From: Octopus bimaculoides
Lineage: Eukaryota
NCBI RefSeq assembly: GCF_001194135.2
Contig: NC_068988.1
Coordinates: 97,015,670 to 97,067,602 of the forward strand
Reading direction: 5' to 3'
Length of the DNA: 51,933 nt
Part shown: positions 47,976 through 51,933 of the stretch, one piece after another
Numbering within the stretch: the stretch's first letter is position 1
How the letters are laid out: each line of letters begins with the position of its first letter
Program-made: the position numbers and the translations under genes
Notes under the pieces: generated by a model
Told to the model about the DNA's origin: nothing
The model's database searches: none
Seen by the model: only the letters and a program-made list of their open reading frames with translations

Positions 47976-49168
47976 AACCAACACCGTGTGTTCTCTGAGT
48001 GGAGATCCACAAATATAACGGTATACATACACCTATATACATACGCACACTCAAGCATCACTCTTTTTGTAAAGAGTTGAAGGGTTCAATTTGTCTTCGG
48101 ACTAGAGTCTAATCAGTCGTCCAAGAAGCTACAGCCTTCGTGAATGCGAAACCATTGGTCACTCTATGACCAGATATTAACTTTATTACTTTAATATATA
48201 TATATATATATANNNNNNNNNNNNNNNNNNNNNNNNNNNNNNNNNNNNNNNNNNNNNNNNNNNNNNNNNNNNNNNNNNNNNNNNNNNNNNNNNNNNNNNN
48301 NNNNNNNNNNNNNNNNNNNNNNNNNNNNNNNNNNNNNNNNNNNNNNNNNNNNNNNNNNNNNNNNNNNNNNNNNNNNNNNNNNNNNNNNNNNNNNNNNNNN
48401 NNNNNNNNNNNNNNNNNNNNNNNNNNNNNNNNNNNNNNNNNNNNNNNNNNNNNNNNNNNNNNNNNNNNNNNNNNNNNNNNNNNNNNNNNNNNNNNNNNNN
48501 NNNNNNNNNNNNNNNNNNNNNNNNNNNNNNNNNNNNNNNNNNNNNNNNNNNNNNNNNNNNNNNNNNNNNNNNNNNNNNNNNNNNNNNNNNNNNNNNNNNN
48601 NNNNNNNNNNNNNNNNNNNNNNNNNNNNNNNNNNNNNNNNNNNNNNNNNNNNNNNNNNNNNNNNNNNNNNNNNNNNNNNNNNNNNNNNNNNNNNNNNNNN
48701 NNNNNNNNNNNNNNNNNNNNNNNNNNNNNNNNNNNNNNNNNNNNNNNNNNNNNNNNNNNNNNNNNNNNNNNNNNNNNNNNNNNNNNNNNNNNNNNNNNNN
48801 NNNNNNNNNNNNNNNNNNNNNNNNNNNNNNNNNNNNNNNNNNNNNNNNNNNNNNNNNNNNNNNNNNNNNNNNNNNNNNNNNNNNNNNNNNNNNNNNNNNN
48901 NNNNNNNNNNNNNNNNNNNNNNNNNNNNNNNNNNNNNNNNNNNNNNNNNNNNNNNNNNNNNNNNNNNNNNNNNNNNNNNNNNNNNNNNNNNNNNNNNNNN
49001 NNNNNNNNNNNTATATATATACATATATATTATATAATGGAATAATTATTATGAAGCATTGTGTAGAGTATATTGTATAAAGGATCAGATCAATGCAGAG
49101 TACTTTGCATCGTTCTGGCCTTACATATGATCCTTTACACTATAAATATATATGTGTGCGTGTGTGCG

Positions 49169-49243
<75 letters not shown>

Positions 49244-49404
49244 TTATAAATATTTGATAGATGAGATTCAAATATTCTACGTTTAGAATACTTTGTGGTG
49301 CTCAAGTGATTTAAACTTGAACGGGTGTAGAAGTAAATGTAGAAATAAGCAAATTAGACAGATCCATACACACACATACACACATATATATATGTAGATA
49401 TATA

Positions 49405-49843
<439 letters not shown>

Positions 49844-49888
49844 CACGCGAGAGAGAGATATGTATATGTAATATGCATATGTATATAC

Positions 49889-49944
<56 letters not shown>

Positions 49945-49945
49945 G

Positions 49946-50027
<82 letters not shown>

Positions 50028-50283
50028 GGGAATTAAAGTTTTTATCCTGTCGACCCATCGGTATTATCAACTGGATTTCAATTGTTAACTATTGTAAAAT
50101 TAACAGTAGTAAATGGTGACGGATCTTCTTCGTGGGAAATAATATATGAAAAAATATTGGAGAGAAATAATTTAAAATTAATACATCTGAATCGAATCAT
50201 TTCTCCCTCTATCTCTCTATGTCTCTCTTTCAGTCTGTCTGTCTGTCTAACTTAATCTCTGTCTATGTTACTTTATTATACAC

Positions 50284-50363
<80 letters not shown>

Positions 50364-51877
50364 CATACATATATATATATATATATTCACACTCGCATAC
50401 ACATGTATGTATATATATAAAAAAAATATATATGTGTGTGTGTGTGTGTATGTGTGTGTGTATGTGTGTATATGTATAAACACACATACACACACACACC
50501 TATGTGTGTGAGTAGGCGTCTCTGTGAGTGCTAATTTTATGAAGGCATTTTATATAAATATACATATATACATATATATATAGATATGTGCACACACACA
50601 CACACATAAATATTAGCGCTTCTGTTATGTTTGTATACGCGCGTGTGTATATATGTGCGTTTATATATAAGATGAGGCTCGGGGTAACGATTTGTGAAGT
50701 TTGAGCATTTAATTAATTTTATTCACAAACACGCGCGCGCGCGCGCACACACACACACACACACGCACACACACACACGCACACACATTAGCTACGTCAC
50801 TTGTTCCTGCTATTTTAGTAGCACTTTTGAAAGAATTGTTTCCGCAATTAAAGTTAATCCAGTTTATCACCTTCACATTTCGTGATACACTCTTGTCAGA
50901 CTCCGGAATGTATGTATGTATGTGTGTATGTATGTATGCATGTATGCATGTATGTATGTAGGTATGCATGCATATATTTATTTATGTGTGTGTATCTATA
51001 AATATGTGTATGTGTCTGTCTGTGTGTTCGTGTGCATGTGTGTATGTCTAAATATATACGTACTACACACACATATGAATTTGTGTCTATGCGAGTGCAT
51101 ATATGCCACTTCCAAACACATAAGTGTTTAATAAATATATAAATATGAAATTGATAAGAGAAAAGAAATAAAAGAAATATATACATACATTACATACATG
51201 CATACATATATAGACATACATACATACATACATACATACATACATACAGGTATATATGTATGGATGTATATATGTGTTTGTGTATGTGTGTTTATATATG
51301 CATGCTGCTTATATACAAATATACACGCATAACGTACGTGCACCACCATTCACAGACTCACACTAATTCACAGAGTACCCAAGAAATCTGGAGTACTAGA
51401 GGTTCTCTGTTATTACGAGTATTTGAAAGATAAAAAATATTAGATTATATTAATATATGATATTAGTAGATGTGGTATATCTGAAATTTGTTTAACCGAT
51501 TCTTAAACAGTTGTATACGGAAATTATTGAGTATAGTTTAATTGGGTGCATAGAAAAATGCAAAGATTACAGGCAGGAAGACGGGTTCTTTAAAACTTTT
51601 CAGCATACATTTGTATCTGCCTTCCTGCCTGCCTGCCCGCCTGTCTATCGATCTATTTACCGATCTTTCTTTCTTTCTTTTTCCTTTCTTTCTCTCTCTT
51701 GCTCTCTTTCTTTCCCCTTCTCCCCCCCTCTCTCTACATATATATATATACATCCATATATATACTTCCATATACATGCACGTATGCAGCAGACACACAA
51801 CGCATCCTTAACTCACACATGAATATATAAACATGCATAGCTCTACATATCCATTTAATTAATTATATATACATATG

Positions 51878-51933
<56 letters not shown>

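Noticed and set aside
48085-48125. CTGATTA-gac-tcta-gtc-cGAAG hammerhead-like string (minus)
   Set aside because: Two core mismatches and no pairing for stems I and III.

Overview
This is repeat-dominated, AT-rich eukaryotic genomic DNA. It has 19 N-gaps (about 6 kb by my count), nearly all flanked by microsatellites, which suggests a short-read scaffold. The dense (CA)n/(TA)n/(GA)n/(TATG)n arrays and tRNA-derived SINE families resemble those I associate with Octopus, so an octopod origin is my inference, not a database result. No complete protein-coding gene, rRNA, intact tRNA or CRISPR array is supported. Almost all long ORFs in the track are N-gap or microsatellite artefacts. Supported content: (1) many SINE copies from at least three families; (2) a decayed CR1/Jockey-type LINE 3' portion (about 12.5-13.95 kb, minus); (3) an L1/Tx1-type LINE 3' end with a CCHC knuckle (22.27-22.93 kb); (4) a Tigger/pogo-like MITE and mariner fragments in opposite orientations; (5) Penelope-like remnants. 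The most interesting signals are: four minimal type I hammerhead-ribozyme motifs (two with intact cores, two with core variants) plus one disrupted copy; a ~170-220 bp two-block element with an apparently covarying stem-loop, found both dispersed and as a head-to-tail array at 39.8-40.7 kb; a ~315 bp foldback palindrome at 49.4-49.7 kb; and several low-confidence plus-strand exon candidates, one encoding a TPR-like peptide. All calls were made by eye. Boundaries of decayed repeats are approximate.
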